From positions 32,001 through 96,000 of the forward strand of contig CAXRHT010000002.1 of assembly GCA_964230645.1 (NCBI GenBank): a DNA stretch of 64,000 bases, read 5' to 3'. Position 1 is the first letter of the stretch, and each line of letters opens with the position of its first letter. Below, piece by piece: positions 9,156 through 19,206 of this stretch. The notes under the pieces were generated by a model. The model worked only from the letters and a program-made list of their open reading frames with translations. It made no database searches and had not been told where the DNA came from. This DNA comes from Bdellovibrionales bacterium. Lineage in GTDB: Bacteria > Bdellovibrionota > Bdellovibrionia > Bdellovibrionales > JAGQZY01. The position numbers and the translations under genes were made by a program.

Positions 9156-10757
9156 ATGGAAAAACTCAGTGATAAAGAAGAAATACTAAGGCGCAGAACC
9201 TTTGCGATCATATCTCACCCCGATGCTGGTAAAACCACGATCACTGAGAAGTTGATATATATTGGTGGCGTTATTCACGAAGCTGGTGAGGTTAAGGGAA
9301 AGCAGGGGAAAAAAGCGGCCACCTCCGACTGGATGACCATGGAACAAGAGCGTGGGATTTCTGTCACCTCGAGTGTGTTGCAATTTGACCACAAAGGGCA
9401 AAGGGTCAATCTTCTCGATACCCCTGGGCACAAAGACTTCAGTGAAGACACCTATAGAACCCTCATCGCTGCTGATACAGCTCTTATGCTTATTGATGTG
9501 GCAAAAGGCGTGGAGGAGAGAACGAAAAAACTCTATGAGGTGTGTAATTTTAGAAAGGTCCCCATTTTTACCTTTATCAATAAGTGTGACCGTGAAGGGA
9601 AAGTCCCTTTAGAATTGATCGACGAGATCGAGAGCACGCTGAAAATGAAATGCTATCCCGTCAACTGGCCACTCGGTGTGGGTGGACTTTTTCGTGGAAT
9701 TTACGACCGTCTCAAGAAAAAAGTGATTCTTTTTAATAAGGAAACTGGAGAGGAAACCCATATTCCCGTGGATTCATTAGATGATCCTCGCTGGAAAGAA
9801 TGGATTCATCACGATATTTTAGACTCTGTGCTTGAGGAGATTGAGCTGATTGAGCTGGATTCTGAGGAATTTTCTACGGAAAAATTTATGAAAGGTGAAC
9901 TCTCCCCAGCTTTTTGGGGCAGTGCTAAGATGAATTTTGGAGTGGATCAGTTTCTTGACTATTTCACTCAGTGGGCGCCCAGTCCCACGCCCCGAAAAAC
10001 AGAAGAAGGGGAGGTGAATCCCCTTGATAAAGATTTCTCGGGCTTTATTTTTAAAATTCAAGCCAATATGGACCGCAAACACCGTGATCGTATGGCTTTT
10101 TTAAGAGTGTGCTCTGGTAAGTTTCATCGCGGCATGAAGGTTAAGCATGCTAGACTTAATCGTGAAATTAGACTTTCGCACTCCTCGCAGTTCCTGGCAA
10201 AAGACCGTGAAACCGTAGAAGATGCTTTTGCCGGAGATATTGTGGGCGTGAGTGATCCGGGGCTTTTCCGAATTGGTGACACGCTCACAGGTGGTAAAAA
10301 AATTAAATTTGAAAAGATTCCGCAATTCTCGCCTGAGCTCTTCACCCGAATCCACGTTAGTGACGCGATGAAAAGACAAAAGCTTCAAAAAGCACTTAAG
10401 GAACTTTCCGAAGAAGGGGTCATACAACTTTTTATTGATCCTGCCATTGGTTCCCAAGATCCTGTGATAGGGGTTGTGGGAGAGCTGCAGTTTGAAGTTT
10501 TAAAATACCGCTTGCAAGATGAATACAATCTAGAAACTCGTCTGGACCGTGCCCCATACACTGTCGCCCGTTGGCCCCGTTATGAAGATGGCTCCTCAGC
10601 CTATGAGATCAGTGGGGCCACTGTCGTGTTTCGCGATAAAGATGATAGACCTGTTGTTCTTCTTTCGAGCGAGTGGGATATCAATTGGCTTCAAAAAGAA
10701 AATGAAAAAGTTCATTTCGGTTCCCCATTCTCTGAAGGGGTGGATAAATGGATGTAA
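9156..10757 (+). CDS. prfC: Peptide chain release factor 3
   Basis: RRRTFAIISHPDAGKTT, SDWM.MEQERGISVTSS, DTPGHKDFSEDTYRTL, VGELQFEV. Confidence 0.98.
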   Translation: MEKLSDKEEILRRRTFAIISHPDAGKTTITEKLIYIGGVIHEAGEVKGKQGKKAATSDWMTMEQERGISVTSSVLQFDHKGQRVNLLDTPGHKDFSEDTYRTLIAADTALMLIDVAKGVEERTKKLYEVCNFRKVPIFTFINKCDREGKVPLELIDEIESTLKMKCYPVNWPLGVGGLFRGIYDRLKKKVILFNKETGEETHIPVDSLDDPRWKEWIHHDILDSVLEEIELIELDSEEFSTEKFMKGELSPAFWGSAKMNFGVDQFLDYFTQWAPSPTPRKTEEGEVNPLDKDFSGFIFKIQANMDRKHRDRMAFLRVCSGKFHRGMKVKHARLNREIRLSHSSQFLAKDRETVEDAFAGDIVGVSDPGLFRIGDTLTGGKKIKFEKIPQFSPELFTRIHVSDAMKRQKLQKALKELSEEGVIQLFIDPAIGSQDPVIGVVGELQFEVLKYRLQDEYNLETRLDRAPYTVARWPRYEDGSSAYEISGATVVFRDKDDRPVVLLSSEWDINWLQKENEKVHFGSPFSEGVDKWM

Positions 10758-11665
10758 ACGAGTCTCCCTTAAAAATCGACTCCATGGTAAAGCGTTATGG
10801 TAGTTTTACGGCCGTCGACAATGTGAGCTTTGCCATGAAGCCCGGTGAGATTTTTGGTCTTCTAGGTCCCAATGGGGCGGGTAAGACCTCCATCATATCC
10901 TGCATCGTTACTTTGCAAGAGCCCGATGAAGGTCACTGCACAATCTTTGGTAAAAACCCGCAGGAAGACACCTTGGAAGCAAAAATGCTTACCGGTTACG
11001 TTCCTCAAGAGATTATCAACCACGGTTACTTCACTGTCGAAGAGATCCTTGTTTTTCATTCTGGATTTTTTAGAACTTGGTACAACAAAGAAAAAATCCA
11101 CTATCTTCTTCACCGCTTAGGACTCTGGGATCACCGCAATAAAAGAGTGAAGGCCCTTAGCGGAGGGATGAAAAGACGCCTATTAATCGCAAAGGCCCTT
11201 GTCCACGATCCTAAATTGTTGCTGCTTGATGAGCCCACGGCAGGGGTGGATATAGAACTGCGCGCTTCTTTGTGGGATTTCGTTCAAGAACTCAAAGAAG
11301 AGGGGCTTTCTGTTTTGTTAACCACCCATTACTTGGAAGAGGCCGAAGAGTTATGCGACCGTGTGGGCGTTCTTCAAAATGGCGTGTTACGTAAAGTGGG
11401 ACCGACCAATGAACTGATTGAAGAACTCACTGAGAGAAGAGTGAGTCTTTATTTTAAATCGGATCAATTGAGCGAAGTTCAGTCGCCTTATCTTGATAGT
11501 AAACAGGGCAATCGCTTGGATTTTTTAATTCCTCAACAATTAGGTATTGGAGAGCTCCTCACTCAGATTCAAACAGATCAATCAGACCTAGTGGATATTC
11601 GCATCACCGAAGGAAAACTCGAAGAGGCCTTTGTTCGCATTCTCGGAGAGGGGCGTAAAGAATGA
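10748..11665 (+). CDS. ABC-2 type transporter ATP-binding protein (YadG-like)
   Basis: GPNGAGKT, LSGGMKRRL, LDEPTAGVDIELR, TTHYLEEAE. Confidence 0.93.
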   Translation: MDVNESPLKIDSMVKRYGSFTAVDNVSFAMKPGEIFGLLGPNGAGKTSIISCIVTLQEPDEGHCTIFGKNPQEDTLEAKMLTGYVPQEIINHGYFTVEEILVFHSGFFRTWYNKEKIHYLLHRLGLWDHRNKRVKALSGGMKRRLLIAKALVHDPKLLLLDEPTAGVDIELRASLWDFVQELKEEGLSVLLTTHYLEEAEELCDRVGVLQNGVLRKVGPTNELIEELTERRVSLYFKSDQLSEVQSPYLDSKQGNRLDFLIPQQLGIGELLTQIQTDQSDLVDIRITEGKLEEAFVRILGEGRKE

Positions 11666-12456
11666 ACAATATCCCTTTACGTATGCGTCCCTTTTTTACC
11701 CTTTATTACCGTGAGATTAGGCGATTTGTGAAAGTCATTGTGCAAACGGTATTTGCACCCATAATGAGTACCACTCTTTATTTGCTTATATTTGGTGTTT
11801 CCTTAGGAAGTAAAATTGATACAGAGGGCGGGGTAACTTATCTGGCCTTTTTGATTCCCGGACTTATTATGATGTCGGTCCTTAACAACTCTTATCAGAA
11901 CACATCAAGCTCAGTGGTTTCTGGAAAATTTGGCGGGGACCTTGAAGACTGGAGAGTGGTTCCCCTAAGTCCTCAGTCTATTTTATGGGCTCTAGCCCTC
12001 GGTGGGCTCACTCGTGGAATTGTGGTTGGTATTATCACACTATTGGTCGGAGAGGTGTTCTACTACATTATGAATGATGCACTTCTAATCCCAGAGAATA
12101 TTTTCTTACTTTTGGTGTTTTTAACTCTTGGAGGCCTCAGTTTTGCCATGTTTGGTATTATTGTGGCTTTCTGGGCGAAAACCTTTGATCACGTCAGTGC
12201 TGTGAGCTCTTTTGTGATTCAGCCCTTAATTTATTTGGGAGGCGTTTTCTTTTCTCTACAAGGGCTTCATCCTTTCTGGCAGACCCTTTCAAAAGTGAAT
12301 CCTCTTCTTTATGTTATTAATGGAGTAAGACTCGGGATGCTCGGACAGGCCGACGTTTCGCTCTCTGTCTGTTTTACGGTTTCCCTTGTAGCATTGATGG
12401 TTTGCTACTTTCTAGCGATGAGAGTGCTGAAAAAAGCCAATTACGCTCGCTGGTAA
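11662..12456 (+). CDS. ABC-2 type transporter permease (YadH-like)
   Basis: REIRRF..VQT..P, FLIPGLIMM, PL.YLGGVFFS, NP..Y..NG.R; ATGA overlap with the ATPase gene. Confidence 0.92.
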   Translation: MNNIPLRMRPFFTLYYREIRRFVKVIVQTVFAPIMSTTLYLLIFGVSLGSKIDTEGGVTYLAFLIPGLIMMSVLNNSYQNTSSSVVSGKFGGDLEDWRVVPLSPQSILWALALGGLTRGIVVGIITLLVGEVFYYIMNDALLIPENIFLLLVFLTLGGLSFAMFGIIVAFWAKTFDHVSAVSSFVIQPLIYLGGVFFSLQGLHPFWQTLSKVNPLLYVINGVRLGMLGQADVSLSVCFTVSLVALMVCYFLAMRVLKKANYARW

Positions 12457-12490
12457 AGCGACGCAATAAAAATTATTGAAAAAGCGGTCC

Positions 12491-12519
12491 TTGCCTTTAA
12501 TGAGGGATGTCCCTATAAA
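12491..12519 (+). promoter_or_regulatory. Putative sigma70 promoter, possibly leaderless
   Basis: TTGCCT-N17-TATAAA, 5 nt before ATG 12525. Confidence 0.45.
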
Positions 12520-12524
12520 GACTT

Positions 12525-13748
12525 ATGCTTAAGGACACTCGTTCACTTTCTCGCCAAGAATTTGTACCTCTCATGGCGCTTATGACCTCTCTGATCGCTC
12601 TTTCTATTGATGCCATGTTGCCGGCTTTTCCAGCTATTGAGTCAGCCTTTGCGGTTTCCTCGAAAGAAAATCTTCAAATGATTATAGCGATTCTTTTCCT
12701 AGGTTTTGGTTTTGGGCAGTTAGTTTTTGGTCCTCTTTCCGATGTTTTCGGCAGAAAACCTCCGATCTACTGGGGTATTGCTATTTTTATCTTCGGCTCC
12801 GCTCTTTCTGGCTTTGCCAATTCTTTTGAGCTCTTTATTCTCGGAAGATTCCTACAAGGATTTGGCGGGGCCTCTCCCAGAATCATTTCTCTAGCACTAA
12901 TCCGTGATGAGTACTCCGGTGATTCGATGGCACAGATCACCTCTCTTGTGATGAGCATTTTCATTTTTGTTCCCGCTGTGGCACCCACTCTTGGTCAAGG
13001 GGTTCTTTATTTCTATACTTGGCGAGAGATCTTTATCGTGCTGGCCGTTACAGCCAGTCTTGTCTGGTTGTGGTTCGGGATGAGGCAACCAGAGACTTTG
13101 CTCCCCGTGAAAAGAAAAAGGCTTTCTCGAAGTGATCTTCTATTTGGAATGCGCGAGACCTTTCGTCAAAAGACAACACGGACCTGTATGCTAGTCTCAG
13201 GATTGGTGTTTGGAATTTTTGTGGGCTATCTGGGAGCTGTGCAATCGCTGTTTGAAGAGCTTTTCGATGTGCGAGAAACCTTTCCTCTTTACTTCGGAAT
13301 GTTGGCTCTTTGCATCGGTAGTGCTACCTTTTTTAACTCTCGCTTGGTCATGGCGCTAGGAATGAGAAAACTGATTCTTATTGCTTTTACCTTTATGACC
13401 GTGATTGGAAACCTGTTTGCAGGCTACTTGGTATTTTTTGCTCAGAACGCTCCGCCACTTTGGATGTTCATGGCCTATATGATGATGACTTTTTTCTCAG
13501 TGGGCTTTTTGTTTGGAAACCTCAATGCTCTGGCGATGACTCCATTAGGACACGTGGCCGGAATGGCCTCAGCCCTTTTAGGTTTTGTACAGAGTACCTT
13601 CTCTTCCATCATTGGAATATTCTTGGGCCGTTTTTTTCAAGAAAGTATTACGCCCTTGGTGTTGAGCTTTGCCTTGATAAGCCTTGTCAGTTTATTTTTG
13701 ATGTTAGAGGAGAGGCACTTTTTCAACCGACAATTGGAATCGACTTAA
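12525..13748 (+). CDS. Bcr/CflA family multidrug MFS transporter
   Basis: ALSIDAMLPA, GQLVFGPLSD.FGRKP, GRFLQG, about 12 TM, PETL. Confidence 0.93.
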   Translation: MLKDTRSLSRQEFVPLMALMTSLIALSIDAMLPAFPAIESAFAVSSKENLQMIIAILFLGFGFGQLVFGPLSDVFGRKPPIYWGIAIFIFGSALSGFANSFELFILGRFLQGFGGASPRIISLALIRDEYSGDSMAQITSLVMSIFIFVPAVAPTLGQGVLYFYTWREIFIVLAVTASLVWLWFGMRQPETLLPVKRKRLSRSDLLFGMRETFRQKTTRTCMLVSGLVFGIFVGYLGAVQSLFEELFDVRETFPLYFGMLALCIGSATFFNSRLVMALGMRKLILIAFTFMTVIGNLFAGYLVFFAQNAPPLWMFMAYMMMTFFSVGFLFGNLNALAMTPLGHVAGMASALLGFVQSTFSSIIGIFLGRFFQESITPLVLSFALISLVSLFLMLEERHFFNRQLEST

Positions 13749-13764
13749 GACTAAAAATGCTTGA

Positions 13765-14940
13765 TTAAGAGGAGAGGTCGGGTTCTTTCCCCGGTTCCCG
13801 ACGGATATTCCACTGCAAAAGAGCTAGAGGGTAGAGCACCAAAAAAGGCCAAACTTTCACAGAGTAAACGTCCAGGTGCGACTGCTTGATTGAGCGAAAA
13901 AGATCAGAGTACATTAAAGAAACACAAGTCATGGTAAACACAATCAAGCCCCAACGTAATCTTTGATTTTTAATAAGGCTCTGATGAATTCCAAAGGCGG
14001 CCATGGCAATAATAAATGTGGATGATTCTGATTTGTGATTAAAAACAATTAGAAAGTAGCAAAGACTTACCAGTCCCATCAGACGCGTGTTTTGGTTTCC
14101 TTTCCTGAAAAACAAAAGAGAAAGCATTAAGCTTAGTCCTCCAAAAATCTGCCAAGGGAGGCGGTTAAACTCCATGCCAGTAAAGCCATGCACAACACCC
14201 ATTAGGGAGAAGCCATAAGAGGCGGCCGCGTCCATAGAAAGTAGTCTTTGCCATTCTTGATACTGAAACATCAGTGGATCCCAGCCAATAAAAAAGGCGG
14301 GGAGGAAACTGAAAAATAAGACAAGCAAAACGAGCTTGAATAGAGGAAGGTTCTCAAGGGAGAGCTTTTTTTCTTCTGGTTTAGCTTTGAGAGGATTGTA
14401 AAGATAAAAAACTCCTAAACACAGTCCTAAGCCTCCAAAGATTTTAATAAAGGCACTTGTTGTTAACGAGAGCATCGACTTCCACTGCTGGCCGTTTTCT
14501 AAATAACAAAAACTAAGAATCAAAAGAGCGATCACATGAATATTACTTTGGAACCCCTGAGTGGAGCCGATAAATTCTGGTAAGCTAATCCAAAAGATTC
14601 CTTTTTTTGCCGAAATGGGAAGGGGTAGTTTTTTTAGAGCAAAGATAAATAAAATAGCCCCAAGAAGATTCCAAAGAACGGCCCCCAACCAAGCCGGGAG
14701 TACAGCCAATGGAGCCATTAAAAGAGCAAAGGCTGGAGAGTATTTAAAGAGGTCATTTTGATCCTCAGGGTAGAGAACATAGAGACTTCCACCTTCAAAA
14801 AGATGAAAAAACGAGGATCTGAAAATCAACCAATTGTTCATATGAGCAAAAAGAGCCGTGTATAGAGAAAGGCCGGCTGAAAGCACAAGCAGAAAAACCA
14901 TATGCTTATAGGGAAGATGACTTTTAAGTGCCTGAATCAT
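13765..14940 (-). CDS. Glycosyltransferase family 87 (DUF2029) membrane protein
   Basis: NNWLIFR.S..HL..G.SLY..YP....DLFKYSPAFA, Q.N, IK; start reassigned to ATG 14940 because the ORF-track extension runs through a repeat arm. Confidence 0.85.
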   Translation of the reverse strand: MIQALKSHLPYKHMVFLLVLSAGLSLYTALFAHMNNWLIFRSSFFHLFEGGSLYVLYPEDQNDLFKYSPAFALLMAPLAVLPAWLGAVLWNLLGAILFIFALKKLPLPISAKKGIFWISLPEFIGSTQGFQSNIHVIALLILSFCYLENGQQWKSMLSLTTSAFIKIFGGLGLCLGVFYLYNPLKAKPEEKKLSLENLPLFKLVLLVLFFSFLPAFFIGWDPLMFQYQEWQRLLSMDAAASYGFSLMGVVHGFTGMEFNRLPWQIFGGLSLMLSLLFFRKGNQNTRLMGLVSLCYFLIVFNHKSESSTFIIAMAAFGIHQSLIKNQRLRWGLIVFTMTCVSLMYSDLFRSIKQSHLDVYSVKVWPFLVLYPLALLQWNIRREPGKEPDLSS

Positions 14941-15019
14941 GATCGCTGCCTTTCTATGCCTCTTATTTATATTGGGGTTAGTAACTAAAAGCAATGATAC
15001 CAGCTCTAAGGTAAATATA

Positions 15020-15048
15020 TGTCGTCCTGAGGCGAATCCGAAGGACCT
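15020..15048 (+). repeat. Solo REP-like hairpin arm (type A)
   Basis: TGTCGTCCTGAGGCGAATCCGAAGGACCT, one mismatch to the arm at 42953-42981. Confidence 0.85.
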
Positions 15049-15174
15049 TTCGGAGTTCGATCCAATCTCCAAGTAAAAGAAGTGAAAACCAAATAGCCAA
15101 CACTGAATTTTTTACGAGCCGGGTGCCAAGGCTAGAGCAAATCGGATAAAACCCATCTACACCCCGGAGTAAAA

Positions 15175-16317
15175 GTGTTCCCTGCTGTCAGAGTTCAAAT
15201 TCTTATGGTTTTCCTATTAGCCTTGCCGCTAAAATCTTGGTCCCAAGCTCTGCAATGCACCCAAATTTTTAGGCCCTCGAATAACTTGGCTGAATTTTCA
15301 TATTCGTCCCTGCAGGAAAGAGCGAAATCAGGAAAAAGAGCCGTAAGGCGTGGCGAGTGGCGAGTGAAGGACCAAGATTTTTTTAGACGGCTTGAAGAAC
15401 TTAAGTCCGCTGATCTTAGAGCTTTGCCGTTAATAAGTCGCATTCAACTTCTCAATGTTCTGGCTCAATGGAATTTGTTGGTTGGCCCCGATTTTACGCA
15501 GAGACTGGAGGAGTCGTTACAGCCTCTGAGTCAGTGGAAAGCCAAGCATTATCTGCATTTTGGTCTGTTTAGAAAAATAAGTCCCCAAGAGTTTAGTCCC
15601 GAGTTTATCAATGCTTACCGTAAACAAGTTTTTTCTCAATTTTCCTCATGGAATGTGAATACTCAGCTTGAAGTCCTGGGGGGCGAGATTCTTCAAGGAG
15701 CTATTTGGTCACAGAGGCAAACTTTAGAATTACTAGGGACGGTATCTGAGAGTTTAAGAAATCAAAATGATCCCCTTCGCATCAAGCCCTTAAAAGAGTT
15801 TTACCGAGCTCTCAGTTATCTAAGGGCCACACAGCCTACTTTCTTTTTTGAGGCTATGGTCGACCTTGAGTCTCTCCTTGAGGTGCAACTTAGAAGACTT
15901 GGTCTCAGTCTTGAAGAAGGTGGCACAAGTGGAGCGAACAATCCCCATCGGCCGCTGGGGGAGAGTTTTTATAATTTAATTGCTAAGATTGATGGGATTT
16001 ATCCTAATCAAGAAAAGGTTTTTGAATATATGAATCCTGACCACTTAGGCTTTTTTGATCCTGTGGATCTTTTTTACCCAGAAATAGGTTTGGTGGTTGA
16101 GTGGGATGGCCCGGTTCATTACTTCAGAGAAGGTCTTGATTCAGACATTCTCTCACCGAGCCAATACACCCTGCGTCCTTTAGATCGCGCTAAAGATGAG
16201 ATTCTCAGGAGAATGGGGATTTCGGTGTTGCGCTGGGGAAGACAGCACAACTCACTTTTAAAAGATCTACAAGTCGATGACTTGATCTCCAGTCAAAATC
16301 AAGGCTGGTGGAATTAG
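15175..16317 (+). CDS. Signal-peptide-bearing protein with C-terminal RAP/DUF559 (Vsr-like PD-(D/E)XK) nuclease-like domain
   Basis: GGAG SD before GTG; hydrophobic N-terminus; C-terminal VDLFYPEIGLVVEWDGPVHY...DRAKDEILRRMGISVLRW. Confidence 0.7.
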   Translation: MFPAVRVQILMVFLLALPLKSWSQALQCTQIFRPSNNLAEFSYSSLQERAKSGKRAVRRGEWRVKDQDFFRRLEELKSADLRALPLISRIQLLNVLAQWNLLVGPDFTQRLEESLQPLSQWKAKHYLHFGLFRKISPQEFSPEFINAYRKQVFSQFSSWNVNTQLEVLGGEILQGAIWSQRQTLELLGTVSESLRNQNDPLRIKPLKEFYRALSYLRATQPTFFFEAMVDLESLLEVQLRRLGLSLEEGGTSGANNPHRPLGESFYNLIAKIDGIYPNQEKVFEYMNPDHLGFFDPVDLFYPEIGLVVEWDGPVHYFREGLDSDILSPSQYTLRPLDRAKDEILRRMGISVLRWGRQHNSLLKDLQVDDLISSQNQGWWN

Positions 16318-17330
16318 TCCTCGTGTTTTACCAGGGTACGACCTAAGTGCTTGCCTTTGATAATTTCCTGGGCTTTTTGGGGAATCTCTTCAAGACCGAT
16401 TTCTTCACTCATCATATGAGTTAAATTTTTTGGTTTGAGTTCGCCTGCGATCTTTTCCCAGATTTCTTTTCTTAAAGAAAAGGGGCAATTGTTTGAGCTG
16501 ATTCCCAGAATATTAGCCCCTCTTAAAATCATTGGAAAAACGGTGGTCTCAAGCTTTTCACTATCAGCCAGACCAATCGAGGCCACAGAACTCCACAGAT
16601 CAAGGCGGGTTAGAATGTAATGAAGTCCCTCACCACCGACATTGTCGATCGCTCCTGCAAATTCTACGGACTCTAAGGGTTTAGTGGAGAAGTCTTTATC
16701 ACTGATATCCGTAATATAATCAGCTCCACAGGCTTCAAGCCATTCTTTGTGTTCGTCCTTTCTACGAGTCCAAGCTTCACTCTCATAGCCCTTTCGATTG
16801 AGAAAACTTAAAGCCAGTGAGCCAACACCCCCTGTGGCGCCCGTAACGAGCACTCGCCCTTTTTCTGGGCGCAGACCATTTTTTTCCAATTGGTGAATAG
16901 CCAGAGCGGCCGTAAAGCCTGCTGTACCGACGATCATTGCCTCAAGAGCAGAGAGATCTTTAGGTCTTTTAATAAGAATATCGTGGGGGACTCGAAGATA
17001 TTGAGAAAAGCCCCCGCTGAGTTTCTCCCCAAGGTTACAGCCATTGATCAAAACCTCATCGCCTTCTTTGAATTGATCGCTTTTTGATTCAACCACAACG
17101 CCAGCAACGTCAATACCGGGGATCAGTGGCAGAGATCGTAGAATCTTGCCTTTCCCTGTAACAGCCAGGGCATCCTTGTAATTAATGCCTGAGTATTGAG
17201 CTTTGATTGTCACATTTCCGTCTGTCAGCTCATTGATTTTCGTTTCCCTAATTTCGCTCTGAGAGTCTTTAAATTCATTAGGATCGTTTTCAGGGCTTGA
17301 GATCCAAAGGGCTTTAAAACTTTTATCCAT
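16314..17330 (-). CDS. YhdH/AcuI family acrylyl-CoA reductase / quinone oxidoreductase
   Basis: YSGINYKDALA, PGIDVAG, GTAGFTAAL, VTGATGGVGS, TTVFP.ILRG. Confidence 0.93.
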   Translation of the reverse strand: MDKSFKALWISSPENDPNEFKDSQSEIRETKINELTDGNVTIKAQYSGINYKDALAVTGKGKILRSLPLIPGIDVAGVVVESKSDQFKEGDEVLINGCNLGEKLSGGFSQYLRVPHDILIKRPKDLSALEAMIVGTAGFTAALAIHQLEKNGLRPEKGRVLVTGATGGVGSLALSFLNRKGYESEAWTRRKDEHKEWLEACGADYITDISDKDFSTKPLESVEFAGAIDNVGGEGLHYILTRLDLWSSVASIGLADSEKLETTVFPMILRGANILGISSNNCPFSLRKEIWEKIAGELKPKNLTHMMSEEIGLEEIPQKAQEIIKGKHLGRTLVKHED

Positions 17331-17377
17331 AATTCAAAATCCTTAAGTGGTTTCAGGCCATTGAGAATAGACGGACC

Positions 17378-17406
17378 TTGCCATTGCCGTCAATTTTCAT
17401 TATTGT
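17378..17406 (+). promoter_or_regulatory. Putative sigma70 promoter of ffh
   Basis: TTGCCA-N17-TATTGT; overlaps a candidate divergent TTGACG-N18-TATTCT. Confidence 0.5.
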
Positions 17407-17457
17407 GGCAGCCGTCAAGGTGACCTGTTGTCACCATAGACTTTAGGAGCCCAAGGA

Positions 17458-18810
17458 ATGTTTGAAAAGTTATCTGATCGTATGACCGATTCACTAAGAA
17501 AGCTTTCTGGAAAAGCAAAGATTTCAGAAGCCAATATCGAAGAGGCCATCAAAGAAGTGCGCATGAGTCTTTTAGAGGCTGATGTTAATTTTAAAGTGGT
17601 TAAAAGCTTTATTGATAACGTCAAAGCCAAAGCTCTTGGAGAGAAAGTCATCAAGGGTGTGGACCCAGGCCAGCAATTCACTAAAATCGTTCATGACGAA
17701 CTTGTCGACCTTCTTGGTAATGAAGCCGTTGGTCTAGAGCTCACTGAGAAACAACCCACAGTGATTTTCCTCGTGGGTTTACAAGGGGTGGGTAAAACCA
17801 CAACGGCTGCTAAGCTCTCCCTTCACATTCGTAAAAAATTGGATAAAAAACCCGCTCTTGTACCTGTTGATGTGTACCGTCCGGCTGCCATTGAACAGTT
17901 GAAAACTTTGGGTCGCGAAATAGATGTTCCAGTCTTTGATTCCGACCCCAAAATGAAGCCTAAAAAAATTCTAAAGCTTGCTCAAAAATGGGCGAAGCAA
18001 GAAGAGGCCGATGTCGTCATTGTAGATACCGCCGGTCGTCTGCAAATGGATCAAGATTTAATGAAAGAGCTCACCGATCTTAAAAAACTTTGGGACCCAC
18101 AAGAGGTCTTGCTCGTAGCAGACGCCATGCTTGGACAGCAGTCTGTCGAAGTGGCTCAAGGATTCCATAATGAAGTGGGATTAACAGGCCTTATCCTTAC
18201 AAAAGTCGACGGTGACGCCCGTGGTGGAGCGGCCTTGAGTATTCGTGAAACTATTGGAATTCCCATTAAGTTTTTAGGGGTAGGAGAGAAGCAAAAAGAT
18301 CTCGAAGTTTTTCATCCTGATAGGCTCGCTTCCCGAATTCTTGATATGGGAGATGTGGTCACACTTGTCGAAAAAGCCCAAGAGGTTATCGATGAGGATG
18401 AAGCCAAAAGAGCCGCTGATCGCATGATGAAAGGCGAATTCACGGCCGATGATTTTCTTAAGCAGATTCGTCAGATGAAAAAGCTTGGAAGTATGGAAAG
18501 TATCATGGGAATGCTGCCTGGTATGGGTGGCATGATGAAACAGATGAAAAATATGACTCCTCCTGATGAGGAAATTAAAAAGATTGAGGCGATCATTTGC
18601 TCCATGACCATGGAAGAAAGAACGGATTGTCGAATCATTCAAGGCTCAAGAAAAGTGCGCATTGCCAAGGGGTCAGGGACCCGAGTTCAAGACGTCAATA
18701 AGTTCGTAAAGCAGTTCGATGAAGCTAAGAAGATGATGACGGGTTTGATGAAATCAGGCCTAGGCAAGGGAATGCCCGGAATGGGTGATGGCTTTAAGTT
18801 CCCATTTTAA
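17458..18810 (+). CDS. ffh: Signal recognition particle protein
   Basis: LLEADVN, GLQGVGKTT, DTAGR, TKVDGDARGGAALS, Met-rich M domain. Confidence 0.99.
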   Translation: MFEKLSDRMTDSLRKLSGKAKISEANIEEAIKEVRMSLLEADVNFKVVKSFIDNVKAKALGEKVIKGVDPGQQFTKIVHDELVDLLGNEAVGLELTEKQPTVIFLVGLQGVGKTTTAAKLSLHIRKKLDKKPALVPVDVYRPAAIEQLKTLGREIDVPVFDSDPKMKPKKILKLAQKWAKQEEADVVIVDTAGRLQMDQDLMKELTDLKKLWDPQEVLLVADAMLGQQSVEVAQGFHNEVGLTGLILTKVDGDARGGAALSIRETIGIPIKFLGVGEKQKDLEVFHPDRLASRILDMGDVVTLVEKAQEVIDEDEAKRAADRMMKGEFTADDFLKQIRQMKKLGSMESIMGMLPGMGGMMKQMKNMTPPDEEIKKIEAIICSMTMEERTDCRIIQGSRKVRIAKGSGTRVQDVNKFVKQFDEAKKMMTGLMKSGLGKGMPGMGDGFKFPF

Positions 18811-18904
18811 TTCACTTTTTTTTCGCAAACGCTTGTTCTTAAAAAAATGGTTGCTAAATATGTGAAAGGACAGTAAAAAACTAGGATTCAATGAGAGGTA
18901 ATGA

Positions 18905-19153
18905 ATGGTAGTTATTCGTTTAGCGCGCCTTGGCGCAAAAAAGAGACCGAAATATCGTGTGACAGTTGCAGACTCTCGCTATTTCAGAAATGGTCGGTTT
19001 ATTGAGGTACTTGGACACTATAACCCAAGCCCTCGTGGTCAAGAAAAAGAGGTCACTCTGGATCTTGAAAAAGTAAAAAGCTGGGTCAGCAAAGGCGCTC
19101 AACCCACTGATCGTGTGAAAACCTTAATTAAAAAAGCGGAAGCAAACGCTTAG
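18905..19153 (+). CDS. rpsP: 30S ribosomal protein S16
   Basis: [36 protein letters not shown]. Confidence 0.99.
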   Translation: MVVIRLARLGAKKRPKYRVTVADSRYFRNGRFIEVLGHYNPSPRGQEKEVTLDLEKVKSWVSKGAQPTDRVKTLIKKAEANA

Positions 19154-19206
19154 TTTCAATATAACAAAAAACAGTCAATCGAGTGTTGTTACTGGAGAGG
19201 TGTTAA

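Noticed and set aside
14941..15072. N-terminal extension of the GT87 ORF
   Set aside because: Runs through a REP arm; ATG 14940 has an SD-like sequence and gives a normal-length protein
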